From: an uncultured Solirubrobacterales bacterium
Lineage (GTDB): Bacteria > Actinomycetota > Thermoleophilia > Solirubrobacterales > Solirubrobacteraceae
Direction: 5' to 3'
NCBI GenBank assembly: GCA_963815725.1
Contig: CAWFHW010000009.1
Span: 103,256-167,255, forward strand
Length of the DNA: 64,000 nucleotides
A program made the position numbers and the translations under genes. Every line of letters starts with the position of its first letter. Position 1 is the first letter of the stretch. Positions 1-9,771 of this stretch are shown one piece after another. The notes under the pieces are model-generated. The model ran no database searches. It was not told where the DNA came from and saw only the letters and a list, made by a program, of their open reading frames with translations.

Positions 1-632
1 CGCGGCGTCAGGATGCGAGTGGTGATCGTCGTCAAGGCGACCGCCGCGAACGCCGCCAGGCTGGCGATGTAGCCCTGGTAAACGACTGGCACCGCCGTGC
101 CGGTCAGCCCGCCGAGCGTGCCCAGGAGCGCTTGGGAGCCGAGCGGATAGCCGGTGGCGATGTACTCCTTCAGGAATTCGCGGGCGGTGCTCTGGGGTAT
201 GTGGCCGAGCACGGTGCCATAGCCTTGGACGTGTTCGGCGAGGAGCATCTCGAAGCCGGAGTCGTTGACGAAGTCATAGCCCGACCAGGTCCAGTGCCCG
301 TAGGCGATCACGGGCAGCATGTACAGGACATAAGCCGCCACGCCGGCCCAGCCCGCCCAGCCCGGGTTGACGCGCGCCCGAAGGCCGGCCCTGGCAAAGA
401 GCAAACCGGCGAGCGCGACAACCGAGAGCAGGGGCATCGCGAGACCGTCGCCGGCGCCGAGAGCGTAGCCGGGAAAGATCAGGACGAGCGCGACGCAGAG
501 GCCGAGCGGTAGCAAGAGCGCATTTGGCAGACGCAGCCCGCCGATCAGCCGCTCGAGCGCCAGGCCACAGCCAAGCGCCAACAGCCATAGGACGAGCGGT
601 GGTACGAACACGGCGATCAGGTAGTCGCTCAC
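1..632 (-). CDS. polytopic membrane protein, N-terminal ~210 aa (gene continues past the left edge); probably part of the glycan locus
   Basis: Own minus-strand translation from GTG at 632-630 (VSDYLIAVFVPPLVLWLLALGCGLALERLIGG...) stays open to nt 1. GGAG lies about 7 nt upstream of the GTG. Several hydrophobic helices. Absent from the ORF track because no stop lies in the window. Confidence 0.6.
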   Translation of the reverse strand, partial: MSDYLIAVFVPPLVLWLLALGCGLALERLIGGLRLPNALLLPLGLCVALVLIFPGYALGAGDGLAMPLLSVVALAGLLFARAGLRARVNPGWAGWAGVAAYVLYMLPVIAYGHWTWSGYDFVNDSGFEMLLAEHVQGYGTVLGHIPQSTAREFLKEYIATGYPLGSQALLGTLGGLTGTAVPVVYQGYIASLAAFAAVALTTITTRILTP

Positions 633-704
633 GGTGTGTCTCCTGGCCCGCGCGCGGGCCGGCACGGTGTGAAGCGGCCGGGCAAGGGTTCAGTTGAGAG
701 TCGG

Positions 705-2882
705 TCAGGCATAGAAAGAGGTCAGCGTCAACAGCTGGGCGCCGTAGCTGAGGGCGATCATCGCCATCGTCAAGGCCACGCCGCTATACAACACGCCGCG
801 CCGCCCGAAGGCGTGCAGGACGCCGACGACGATCACCGCTATCGGCACGATCGCCGGAAACGCGTAGCGCCCGTAGGTGGGGATGACGGTCTGGATACCG
901 GGGCTGTAGTAGGCGGCCTCGAAGCCGGCGATCACGGCGACCGGGATCAGAACGACCGTCAAGACTTCGAGCCAGTGGCGCTTGATCCAGGGCCACTCGC
1001 GCCCGAACGCCCACACGCCGAGCGGCACCGCGGCGAGCATCGCGGCGAGGATCAGCTTGTAGATCCAGTCCGGGAAGAAGACGTCATACCAGCCGAACGC
1101 GCCCCAGCCGCGCCTGACGAAGATGTCGTAGCCGGGGATCGCGGGCGAGAAGTGCTTGCCCATGAAAGGAAGGCGCGGCAGGAACGTTTGCCAGACGTAA
1201 GACATGTATTCGGGGATGTGATGGAACGCTTCGCTGGCGGCCGACGTGTTCGCGCCGATCGCGTGAAACCCGCTCGTGCCGGAGGCGGGCTGCAAAGTGG
1301 AGAGCACGTGCACGGAGACGAGGTCCATGGCTAGCGCCCCCGCCAGGAGCGCGAGCCAGCCGAGCAGGTCCGCGCGGGAGTGGCGCAGCACGAGCGCCGC
1401 GATCAGGACGAGCGCGGCGACCGGATACAGCGACAGGCCCGTCTCCTTGACGAGCGGCGTGGCCACCAGGACCGCGCCCGTAACGAAACCAAAGGGCACG
1501 GTCATGCCACGGCGCGGGAGCCGTACCAGCAGGTAAGCGACCGCGGCGGCGGCGGCGTTGACGCCGACGTCGTTGTTGACGGCGCCCGAGATGAAGCCGT
1601 ACATCGGCTCGTAACAGACCAGCAGCGCCGCCAGTACGCCGAGCCATGGCCGGCGGGGCGCCAGCTCGCGCGCCAGCAGGAACGCGAACAGGGCCGCCAG
1701 GGCGCCAAGAAGGGCCGAGGTGAAGCGCATCAGAGTCAGCTGCGAGAAGGTCGAGTCGTGCTCGGCGAGCAGGTATGCCGGCGAGAGCGCCAGGTAGTAG
1801 AGCGGTCCGTGGGCGGCCGAGGTCGAGTAGCCGCCGCCGTTGTTCGCCGCTGGATGCTGCTGGGAGTACAGCTCTTTGAAGCGCCGCTCGGCAAGCGGGG
1901 TCCACGGCATGCCGGTGTCGGCGACCTCGTGGTCGGTCAGAAAGGCGGTCGTTTCGAGGGCCAAGCTCTCGGCGTCTGACCAGCGATCGAGCGGAACGGC
2001 GGCGTTGACGGCCGGGCCCTCGCCACGCTGGACCAAGGACTGGGTGTAAGCGTAATGATCGATCTCGTCGGGCGCCTGAAACGGCGGCGTGATCAGGGCC
2101 CAGCACGCGAAGTTGACGGCCGCGATCGCCAGCAGCCAGATCGCGGCGCGGCGCGCGCCGGTCTCGCCGGCGAAGGTCTGCGCAAGCGTACGGACCGCCA
2201 GCAGGGCGAGCAAGGGCAGGACGAAGAAGAAGATCAGCCAGTAAGTCCAGGCACCGACCCAGCCGGGCCGAAACAGCGCGGCGCGGGCGAAGATCGAGCC
2301 GGCTTCGGCGAGGTAGCTGCGCTGGGCGCCGGCGGGCGGCAAAAACCAGGTCGCCAAAACGGCCGGCAAAGCGATCCCGTCAAGGGCGACCGACTGGGCT
2401 GCCGAGGAGGGCAGGCCGGCGCCGATCCAGTTCATGGCGCCTTCGGGCGCGCTCACGCACAGCGAGGCGTAGCGCGCGGCCGGGCTTGCCGGTACCGGAG
2501 GGATCGGAAAGTCCGCGTTGCTGATCTGGCTGGCCTGCACGTGAAACGGCGGCAGCGAGGAGCGGACGGTGCGCGAGCCGTAGCGCAGGGTCAGCTTCAG
2601 TGCGGGGCGCAGGCGGGTGGGCGAGCGCACGCGCAGGCGCACGATCGCTGTGCCAGCCGGCAGTTCGAGGAGAGCGGGCGTGCAGACCGAGACGTTCGCG
2701 GAGACGGGGCCGACGAACGTCCTTTCGTCGACCGAGTCGGTGCCAAGGTAGTACGGGCGCGGGTGCAGCCAATGGAAGGCGATCAGCGCCACCAGGGGCA
2801 CCGCGACGAGGGCGGCGAGTTTCCAGACGCGGCGATCGCCGGCGAACACGAGCCCGCCGGCGCGGCGCAATCGCGGCCGCAC
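705..2882 (-). CDS. DUF2142-type GT-C-like integral membrane protein (putative polyprenyl-phosphate-sugar dependent glycosyltransferase)
   Basis: 725-aa ORF with many hydrophobic segments. Motif PPFQAPDEIDHYAYTQSL resembles the DUF2142 signature. Its GTG start lies 1 nt after the stop of the upstream GT2 gene. Confidence 0.8.
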   Translation of the reverse strand: MRPRLRRAGGLVFAGDRRVWKLAALVAVPLVALIAFHWLHPRPYYLGTDSVDERTFVGPVSANVSVCTPALLELPAGTAIVRLRVRSPTRLRPALKLTLRYGSRTVRSSLPPFHVQASQISNADFPIPPVPASPAARYASLCVSAPEGAMNWIGAGLPSSAAQSVALDGIALPAVLATWFLPPAGAQRSYLAEAGSIFARAALFRPGWVGAWTYWLIFFFVLPLLALLAVRTLAQTFAGETGARRAAIWLLAIAAVNFACWALITPPFQAPDEIDHYAYTQSLVQRGEGPAVNAAVPLDRWSDAESLALETTAFLTDHEVADTGMPWTPLAERRFKELYSQQHPAANNGGGYSTSAAHGPLYYLALSPAYLLAEHDSTFSQLTLMRFTSALLGALAALFAFLLARELAPRRPWLGVLAALLVCYEPMYGFISGAVNNDVGVNAAAAAVAYLLVRLPRRGMTVPFGFVTGAVLVATPLVKETGLSLYPVAALVLIAALVLRHSRADLLGWLALLAGALAMDLVSVHVLSTLQPASGTSGFHAIGANTSAASEAFHHIPEYMSYVWQTFLPRLPFMGKHFSPAIPGYDIFVRRGWGAFGWYDVFFPDWIYKLILAAMLAAVPLGVWAFGREWPWIKRHWLEVLTVVLIPVAVIAGFEAAYYSPGIQTVIPTYGRYAFPAIVPIAVIVVGVLHAFGRRGVLYSGVALTMAMIALSYGAQLLTLTSFYA

Positions 2883-2883
2883 G

Positions 2884-4086
2884 CTAACGGCGGCGCAGAC
2901 CGAGGATCGACAGCAAGAAGGAGGAGAAGAAGATCTGGATGCCGACTATCAAGAGCGTCGCGGCGAACAGGGCGAGCTGCTCGTAGGCGAGCTGGCCGAA
3001 GCCGTTCGAGATCCAGGTGACGATGACGACGGTGCCCATGACGAAGCCGGCGAGCATGAACAGGCCGCCCAGCATGAGGCCGTGCTCGAGCCTGAAGCGC
3101 GCGCGCATACGATCGAACCAGGGGTCGCGCTCGCCCATGAAGTAGGTGCCGTAAGCGTGCGCGCACAAGCCCAAGGCGAGAATCTGGGTGCCGACGATCG
3201 TCAAGAGCGAGCCGCCGATCAGAGTGTGCAGCCCCCAGGCGCGCCCAAAGAACGAGAAGCCGGCCGCCACGAAGATCATCAACAGCAGGCCGATCCCCGA
3301 GAGGACCGCGCCCGGAAGAATGAACAGGTGCGTCGGCGAGTGAACGAGCAAAAAGCGCAGGTGGCGCCAGCCGTCCCTGAAACTGGACAACTTGGACTCG
3401 CCCCCGCGCGGGTGGTATTCGATCGGGAACTCAGCGATCTTGAGGTTCTCCTTGGAGGCCCTGATGACCATCTCGGAGGCGAACTCCATGCCGGTCGTGC
3501 GCAGGTCCAGGCGCGGCAAGACGTCGCGGCGCAGCGCGCGCATCCCGCAGTGCGCGTCTGAGACGCCGGTCCTGAAGAAGAAGTTGAGCAGGCCAGACAG
3601 CAAGGGGTTGCCGATGTAGCGATGCAGCCAGGGCATGGCCCCAGGCTGGATGTTTTCCATGCGATCGCCCATCACCAGCTCGGCGCCGCCTTCCAGCTCT
3701 GAGACGAAGCGCGGGATCTCGTTGAAATCGTAGGTCAGGTCGGCGTCGGCCATCACGATGTAGCGGCCGGTGCTGGCCGCGAAGCCGGCGAGGTAGGCGC
3801 TGCCGTAGCCGCGCCTGGGTTCGACCACCACACGGGCGCCGGCCTGCTCAGCCAGGTGCGCGGAGTCGTCCTCGGAGTCGTTGTCGGCGACGATCACCTC
3901 GCCGGGTACGCCCATCGCCTCGATCGCCGCGAGCGCGGCCGTCACGCACTCCTCGATGTTGGAAGCCTCGTTCAGGCAGGGGATCACGACCGACACGTGC
4001 GGCGCGTCGGTGTCGGGGGCGTCGGACTCGACCGGGGTGTCTGTCTGCGTGAGCGTGCTCATCTTGAAAGGCGGGATCGCGGGCAA
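2884..4086 (-). CDS. family 2 glycosyltransferase with C-terminal TM helices (GtrB / polyprenyl-phosphate glycosyltransferase-like)
   Basis: N-terminal GT-A motifs VSVVIPCLNEASNIEECV and VADNDSEDDS, DAD in MADADLTYD, then about 4 hydrophobic helices at the C-terminus. The true start may be the internal MSTLTQ at 4062. Confidence 0.85.
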   Translation of the reverse strand: MPAIPPFKMSTLTQTDTPVESDAPDTDAPHVSVVIPCLNEASNIEECVTAALAAIEAMGVPGEVIVADNDSEDDSAHLAEQAGARVVVEPRRGYGSAYLAGFAASTGRYIVMADADLTYDFNEIPRFVSELEGGAELVMGDRMENIQPGAMPWLHRYIGNPLLSGLLNFFFRTGVSDAHCGMRALRRDVLPRLDLRTTGMEFASEMVIRASKENLKIAEFPIEYHPRGGESKLSSFRDGWRHLRFLLVHSPTHLFILPGAVLSGIGLLLMIFVAAGFSFFGRAWGLHTLIGGSLLTIVGTQILALGLCAHAYGTYFMGERDPWFDRMRARFRLEHGLMLGGLFMLAGFVMGTVVIVTWISNGFGQLAYEQLALFAATLLIVGIQIFFSSFLLSILGLRRR

Positions 4087-4218
4087 TTTGCGCGCGCGAG
4101 CCCGCTCCGGTTATAACGCCCGCCAAGGCGGAAAGTGGCGTTCGGCGGGCGGAACAGCATGGTATCGAGGGGCTTCACGGCGCGCAGGCGCCGCCCGGGG
4201 CTGCAGAATCACCGGCCA

Positions 4219-5475
4219 ATGCGTATCTGCCTTCTCTATGACTGTCTATTCCCGTACACGGTCGGCGGCGCCGAGCGTTGGTATCGCAACCTCGCTGAGC
4301 GCCTCGCGGATGAGGGCCACGACGTGACGTACGTGACGTTGCGGCAATGGCCGCGGGGTGAGGAGGGCTGGATCGGCGGCGGGGACCAGCTCCTCGGCGA
4401 GAGGCAAATAGGCCGCGAGGCTGGGACCGGCCGCGGAACCCGGGTCGGCAGCGCCGGCGTGCGCGTCCGCGTGGCGGGCCCGAGGATGGCCCTGTATACG
4501 GGCTCGGGCCGGCGGCGGACGCTACCGCCGATCGTCTTCGGCCTGGGTGTCTTCTGGCATTTGTTGAGGCATGGCCGCGACTACGACGTCGTGCACACGG
4601 CTTCGTTCCCGTACTTCTCGCTGCTCGCCGCCGGGTGCGCGCGGCCGCTGGGGCGCTACCGGCTGGTCGTGGACTGGCACGAGGTCTGGAGCAAGACCTA
4701 CTGGCGCGCGTACCTCGGCCGCGCCGGGGGCGCGATCGGCTACTGGGTCCAGCTCGCCTGCGCGAGACTGTCACAGCGCGCGTTCTGCTTTTCGGAGCTG
4801 CACGCCGAACGACTGCGCGGCGAGGGGTTGCGCGGCGAAGTGACTGTCCTGCGAGGCGAGTACGCGGGCTCGCTGGAGCATTCGGTCCCCAAGCCGGCTG
4901 AGCCGGTGGTGGTGTTCGCCGGCCGCATGATCCCCGAGAAGCGGGCGCCAAGCGGCGTGACCGGCGTGGTGGCGGCGGCCGAGCGAATCCAAGACCTGCG
5001 CGGCGTCTTCTTCGGCGACGGCCCCGAGCGCGACGCCGTCCTGGAGGCGATCGCAAGGGCCGGCGTCGGCGAGCGTGTGCGGGCCCCCGGGTTCGTGGCC
5101 GCCGAGGAGATCGACGAGGCTTTGGGCACGGCCCTGTGCATGCTGTTGCCATCCAAGCGCGAGGGCTACGGGCTGATCGTGATCGAGGCCGCCGCCAAGG
5201 GCACGCCGAGCATCGTGGTCGCCGGCGAGGACAATGCCGCGACCGAGCTGATCGAGGAGGCCGTCAACGGGTTCGTCGCGGCCGATGCGAGCCCGGAGGC
5301 GATCGCCGACGCGATCGTGGCGATACATGAAGCCGGATTTGCGCTGCGCGGGAGCACCGCAAAGTGGTTCAACGAGAACGCCGAGCTGCTGTCGCTGGAG
5401 TCCTCGCTGCGGACCGTGCTCGCAAGTTATGGAGCCGGCATTCAGGCGTGGAAGGGCGGCCAGGGCCCCGCGTAG
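4219..5475 (+). CDS. family 4 (GT-B) glycosyltransferase
   Basis: MRICLLYDCLFPYTVGGAERWY N-terminus and C-terminal LPSKREGYGLIVIEAAAKGTPSIV (E-x7-E region). Start moved from track position 4135 to the in-frame ATG at 4219, where family similarity begins. Confidence 0.8.
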   Translation: MRICLLYDCLFPYTVGGAERWYRNLAERLADEGHDVTYVTLRQWPRGEEGWIGGGDQLLGERQIGREAGTGRGTRVGSAGVRVRVAGPRMALYTGSGRRRTLPPIVFGLGVFWHLLRHGRDYDVVHTASFPYFSLLAAGCARPLGRYRLVVDWHEVWSKTYWRAYLGRAGGAIGYWVQLACARLSQRAFCFSELHAERLRGEGLRGEVTVLRGEYAGSLEHSVPKPAEPVVVFAGRMIPEKRAPSGVTGVVAAAERIQDLRGVFFGDGPERDAVLEAIARAGVGERVRAPGFVAAEEIDEALGTALCMLLPSKREGYGLIVIEAAAKGTPSIVVAGEDNAATELIEEAVNGFVAADASPEAIADAIVAIHEAGFALRGSTAKWFNENAELLSLESSLRTVLASYGAGIQAWKGGQGPA

Positions 5476-5493
5476 ACGCTGGCCAGGGACCGA

Positions 5494-6657
5494 TCAGGCC
5501 AACGCCCGGGCGTAGCTGTCGAGCGTTGCCAGGGCAGTCTTGCGCCAGGTGAACCTCTCAGCTTGGGCCTGTCCGCGCGCGCGCGTACACGCGCGCGCGG
5601 CACCCTCCAACGAGAGCAATGCTTCAATCGCCGCCGCGATCGCCCGGCGGTCGTCAGGGGCAAACAGCAGGGCCGCGTCCCCCACGACCTCCGGCAGCGA
5701 GGCAACGTTCGAGCAGGCCACCGGCACCCCTCGCGCCATCGCTTCCAAGACCGGCAGCCCGAAGCCCTCGTACAGGGACGGGAACACGAAAGCTTCGGCC
5801 ACGGACCAGAGCCCCTCCAAATCCTCGTTCGAAACCCAGCCAAGGAAACGCACATCCCGGGCCACCCCGGCGGCGTCGGCGAAAGCGCGCAACTCGGCCT
5901 CGTGCCAGGTCGGATAGCCGGGCAGCACCAGCAGCGGCCTGCGCTCGGCCTCGATCAGCGAAAGCGCCTCGATCAGGGCGATCAAGTTCTTGTGGGGCCT
6001 CTTGGCAGACAGGCTCAACACGATTTGCCTGTCCCCCAGCTCGTATCGTCGACGGGTCGCCGCCGAGACCCCGTCCGCCGTTCCTCCGGACTCCTTCGGG
6101 GCTACCGGCACGCCGAAGCCGTTGAGCGCAACATCGATGCGATCGGGATCGGCGCCGAGCAGGTCGATCAGGTCGGTGCGGGTGCTCTGTGAGATAGCGA
6201 CCACCCGGTCTGAGCGTTTTACGGCCGCCGGCACGAGCGCCTTCATGCCCCGATCGCGGATACCAGGATGGGCGTCGGGGAAGCGGGCGTAGATCAGATC
6301 GTGGACCGTCGTCACACGCTTGAACGGACCCCACAGCGGCGCGGTCGAGGCCAGGCTGTGGACGAGCCCGACGCGCGCGCGGACGGCCAGCGGCGGCAAG
6401 AGCGTCTGCTCGCCGAGGACCCACTGCACACGGTTGCGCGCGTTCACAGGGACCGTGACCCCCGGCAGCAGCTCGCCCCACGGGCCACCGCCGGCCGCCG
6501 CCGCCTCGCGGTTGATGAACGCTGTGAAGCGCATCCCGGCGGGCGCCTGCTCCAAGAGCGCCGGGATCAGCTGGCGCGCGAACACCTCCATCCCGCCGGT
6601 CTCACCGGGGACGAGGAAGATCAGGTTCAGGCCGATATGGGGTCCGCGGGTAGGCAC
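5494..6657 (-). CDS. family 4 (GT-B) glycosyltransferase
   Basis: 387-aa ORF. Classic FVFPSLYEGFGLPVLEAMARGVPV motif and N-terminal LIFLVPGETGGME. Confidence 0.85.
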   Translation of the reverse strand: MPTRGPHIGLNLIFLVPGETGGMEVFARQLIPALLEQAPAGMRFTAFINREAAAAGGGPWGELLPGVTVPVNARNRVQWVLGEQTLLPPLAVRARVGLVHSLASTAPLWGPFKRVTTVHDLIYARFPDAHPGIRDRGMKALVPAAVKRSDRVVAISQSTRTDLIDLLGADPDRIDVALNGFGVPVAPKESGGTADGVSAATRRRYELGDRQIVLSLSAKRPHKNLIALIEALSLIEAERRPLLVLPGYPTWHEAELRAFADAAGVARDVRFLGWVSNEDLEGLWSVAEAFVFPSLYEGFGLPVLEAMARGVPVACSNVASLPEVVGDAALLFAPDDRRAIAAAIEALLSLEGAARACTRARGQAQAERFTWRKTALATLDSYARALA

Positions 6658-6831
6658 CTATAGAGAGCAAGGCTATTGCCGGCGCCGACGGTTTCCCTCA
6701 GCGCAACGGTTCCCGAACGCCGACGGTTCCCTTCGGCGCCGGGGTTTCGCCGGCGCAGGCGTGCCTGGCCGACGTCCAAGCACCCCGCAACGTGCTGGCG
6801 CGCCCTGTCGGCGCACCCGTAGCATTGCGGC

Positions 6832-7866
6832 GTGGCCGTCTCCCTCGACGTGGTGATCCCGGTGTACGGCCACTACGAGCTGACGTGCGGCTGCTTGGAG
6901 CACCTCGAGCGCCAGACGATCGAGCACCGGGTGATCGTCGTCGACGACGGCTCGCCCGACGGCACTTCGGACCGGCTGCGGGAGGACTGGCCGGGGGTGA
7001 CTGTCGTGGCGCTTGGGTCGAACCATGGCTACACCTATGCGGTCAATCGCGGGGTGGCGGCCGGCGACGGCGAGTATGTGGTGCTGCTCAACAACGACGC
7101 CCAGCTCGGACCGGACTGCCTGGAGCGGCTGGTCGCGCCGCTGGAACGCGACCAAACGGTCGGGTCGGTGGCCGCGCTGATGTTGATGCCGGATGAGCAG
7201 ACGATAGACAGCTTCGGCGTCACCGCCGATAAGACGCTGGCCGGGTTCGCGCGCCTGCACGGGCGCCCGGCGAGCGCGGCGGGCGGGTCCCGCGACGGGC
7301 ATGCACGTGGCGACCGGCATGGGGGCGCCGATGGGAACACGGGCGCGGAGGGGCGCGGGAAAACCGAGCCGTCGATGCCGGTGCTGACGGGCGCGGAGGG
7401 CACAGCCGGGGCTTACCGGCGCAGCGCCTGGGAGCGGGTCGGCGGCTTGGACGAGACGATCGTCGCCTATATGGAGATCCTCGACCTGGCATTGCGACTG
7501 CGCACCGCCGGCTGGCTGGCGACCGGAGCGGCCGACGCGAAGGGCGTGCATCTTGGCTCGAGCACGTACGGCAAGCGCTCGGCCAGGCAGCGGCGAATGT
7601 CGGGCTTTAGCAGGGGCTATCTGCTGCGCCGCTACGGCGTGTTGCGCGGACGGACAGCCCCCCGAGCGCTCGTGACCGAGGCGGTGGTAGTCGCCGGCGA
7701 CCTGGCGCTGTGTCACGACATCGAAGCGCTGAGGGGGCGTCTCGCGGGCTGGCGAGCAGCGCGCGGACTGGCGCGCCATCCCAAGCCGCCAGCCAGCGCG
7801 GTCGACTCCTCGATCACGCTGTCACGATCGCTGCGGCTGCGCCGCGGTGCCGTCTCTGGGACCTAG
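6832..7866 (+). CDS. family 2 glycosyltransferase
   Basis: LDVVIPVYGHYELTCGCLEHLERQT...VIVVDDGSPDGT, then LLNNDAQL. GTG start. Contains a G/A/R-rich insertion around aa 150-190. Confidence 0.8.
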   Translation: MAVSLDVVIPVYGHYELTCGCLEHLERQTIEHRVIVVDDGSPDGTSDRLREDWPGVTVVALGSNHGYTYAVNRGVAAGDGEYVVLLNNDAQLGPDCLERLVAPLERDQTVGSVAALMLMPDEQTIDSFGVTADKTLAGFARLHGRPASAAGGSRDGHARGDRHGGADGNTGAEGRGKTEPSMPVLTGAEGTAGAYRRSAWERVGGLDETIVAYMEILDLALRLRTAGWLATGAADAKGVHLGSSTYGKRSARQRRMSGFSRGYLLRRYGVLRGRTAPRALVTEAVVVAGDLALCHDIEALRGRLAGWRAARGLARHPKPPASAVDSSITLSRSLRLRRGAVSGT

Positions 7867-7882
7867 CCGGGACGACCGCCCT

Positions 7883-8725
7883 TCATACGTACTCGTCTCC
7901 CCAGGCGTCGCGCGACAGGCGCCGCCGCAGCCGCGGGGAGGCTTGCTCCCAATCGTTGGTGCGCTTGTCGGCGACGATCAGGTTGCGCTGCTCGCCGCTG
8001 CGGTATGTGCACCCGCGCGGCCAGTCATCGACATCGTAGACCTCGCCGTCGCGCCCCGCCACCAGCGCCCGGCGCCCCCGCTCCAGGATCCGGCTCGTGA
8101 TGCTGTCGTGGCCGCTCTCCAGCAGGTAGGTGTCGTGCTTGTCTCGCGCTTCGTCCAAGCCCAGGTCGAGAATCAGTTCACGCTCGGCGATGAATGCCGT
8201 GGTGCGAATGTGGGGGTTTGGAAAGCGGGGATAGTCGCGGCGCGCCTTCGGCAGGCGGGCTAGCTGTAGGGGCCAGTGGCGAAGCTTGCCGCGGACCCAC
8301 TCGGCTTGGCTCTCCCAGCTGCCGCTGGCGCCCGCGATCCCGGCTCGCGGCTTCTCGAGGGCCTGCTCCAGGCGCGCCAGCCAGTCGTCGGCGAGGATCA
8401 CCGAGTAGGAGTTCAAAAAGCAGAGCCGGTCGTATGTAAGCTCGCGCGCGGCGAGGCCATAGGCGGCAAGGTCGAGGACCGGCCGCTCGAGAGTTATCAG
8501 ACGGTGCTCCAAGCCGTCGAGTTCCGCCAGAAGCGTCTCGCGCTCGCGGGCAGCCGAAGCGGCGGTCGCGCCTTCGGCATCGGCCGCGGCGAGCGCCGCG
8601 GGGGAGTTGAGGACGATCGTGAGTTCGTGCTCGGCGCCCGGATCGTGAGCGCGGTAGGAGCGCACAAACTCGCGCAGCGGCTCGGGTCCAAGGGGTGCCC
8701 ATACGAGATGGACGAGACCGATCAT
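7883..8725 (-). CDS. uncharacterised protein U1 (GT-A-like layout without DXD), paralogue of 9768..10835
   Basis: Real start taken at internal ATG 8725 (MIGLVHLVWAPLGPEPLREF...), where similarity to the paralogue begins. ATGA start/stop overlap with the upstream GT2. The upstream 162 aa of the track ORF are R/P/A-rich antisense-type sequence. Confidence 0.7.
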   Translation of the reverse strand: MIGLVHLVWAPLGPEPLREFVRSYRAHDPGAEHELTIVLNSPAALAAADAEGATAASAARERETLLAELDGLEHRLITLERPVLDLAAYGLAARELTYDRLCFLNSYSVILADDWLARLEQALEKPRAGIAGASGSWESQAEWVRGKLRHWPLQLARLPKARRDYPRFPNPHIRTTAFIAERELILDLGLDEARDKHDTYLLESGHDSITSRILERGRRALVAGRDGEVYDVDDWPRGCTYRSGEQRNLIVADKRTNDWEQASPRLRRRLSRDAWGDEYV

Positions 8726-9771
8726 GGCGTCTGGGAGGACCCTTCCGCCGGCGCGGGCGCCGCGACCCGCTCCAGCTCGGCCGGCGAGATCGTGCGGGCG
8801 CGCTGGATCGCCCGGCGCTTTCGCAGGGCGACTGGCAGGCCGACGAGCGCGTCGCGAACGGCGCGGATCCAGGTGCGTAGTTTGCGTTCGCGGATGGCCG
8901 TGTACAGGTTGCCGGCCTGTCCGTGGGCTAGCGCCGGGGAGTGGCGCAGTAGGCTGGCGCCGGGGAAGCACTTGACGATCAGCCAGATCGGGTTGCGCCA
9001 AAGGTGGTAGCCGTTGAACTCGCTCATCCCGCGCCCGAGCGTGGCGCTGCCCCGGTGGTAGAGCAGCGCACTGGGCACATAACGGCAGCGGAAGCCGAGC
9101 AGCTGCGCGCGGAACGCCCAATCGACGTCCTCGTAGTAGGCGAAGTAGGCATCGTCGAAACCGCCGACCGCGGCGAGCGCCTCGCGGCGGAACAGGGCCG
9201 CGCCGCCGCACGGCCCGAATACCTCCTCAGGGCGGTCGTACTGGCCTACATCGGGCTCGCCGTGGCCGCGCCGGCGTCCACCGCCGCGCCAGCTGAGCGC
9301 GTCGCCGGCCCCGTCCAGCAGATCGCGCTCGGCGAAGTCGAGCATCTTGGGTGTAGCCGAGCCGGCGTTGGGGTGGGCATCGAGCGCGGCGACCAGCTCG
9401 GCCAGGCAGTTGGGGTCGAGTTCCATGTCGTTGTTGAACAGGCCGACAAGCTCGGTGCCGGCGGCCGCCAGGCAGGCATTCAAGGCGGCGGTGACCCCGC
9501 CGCGAGTCGGCTGCCGTATGACCCGCACCTGGGGCCAGCTAGCTGTTAGGTACTCGACAGAGTCGTCGTCGGAGCAGTCGTCGACGACGACGATCTGTGC
9601 CGGCTGCAAAGTCTGAAGCCGCAACGAGTCGAGCATGGTCGCCAGCAGGGCCCGGCCGTTGTAGTTGGGGATCGTCACGGTCAGGTCGGCGCCTGTAAAG
9701 GGACGCTCGGCGCGCGTGCTTATGGCGCCGGGAACCCTGGCGAGGGACTTTGGCTCGGCTGGCGTGCTCAT
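8722..9771 (-). CDS. family 2 glycosyltransferase (WbbL/rhamnosyltransferase-like)
   Basis: Start at MSTPAEPK (ATG 9771). Motifs TIPNYNGRALL, IVVVDDCSDDDS, FNNDMELD, YYEDVDWAFRAQLLG. The track ORF extends upstream through arginine-rich non-coding-looking sequence. Confidence 0.85.
   Translation of the reverse strand: MSTPAEPKSLARVPGAISTRAERPFTGADLTVTIPNYNGRALLATMLDSLRLQTLQPAQIVVVDDCSDDDSVEYLTASWPQVRVIRQPTRGGVTAALNACLAAAGTELVGLFNNDMELDPNCLAELVAALDAHPNAGSATPKMLDFAERDLLDGAGDALSWRGGGRRRGHGEPDVGQYDRPEEVFGPCGGAALFRREALAAVGGFDDAYFAYYEDVDWAFRAQLLGFRCRYVPSALLYHRGSATLGRGMSEFNGYHLWRNPIWLIVKCFPGASLLRHSPALAHGQAGNLYTAIRERKLRTWIRAVRDALVGLPVALRKRRAIQRARTISPAELERVAAPAPAEGSSQTP

Noticed and set aside
645-660. 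Perfect 16-bp GC palindrome GGCCCGCGCGCGGGCC between two same-strand membrane-protein genes
   Set aside because: It is real in the sequence, but such GC hairpins are common in high-GC intergenic DNA. No U-tract follows, so it is probably a minor structural or attenuating element of low interest.
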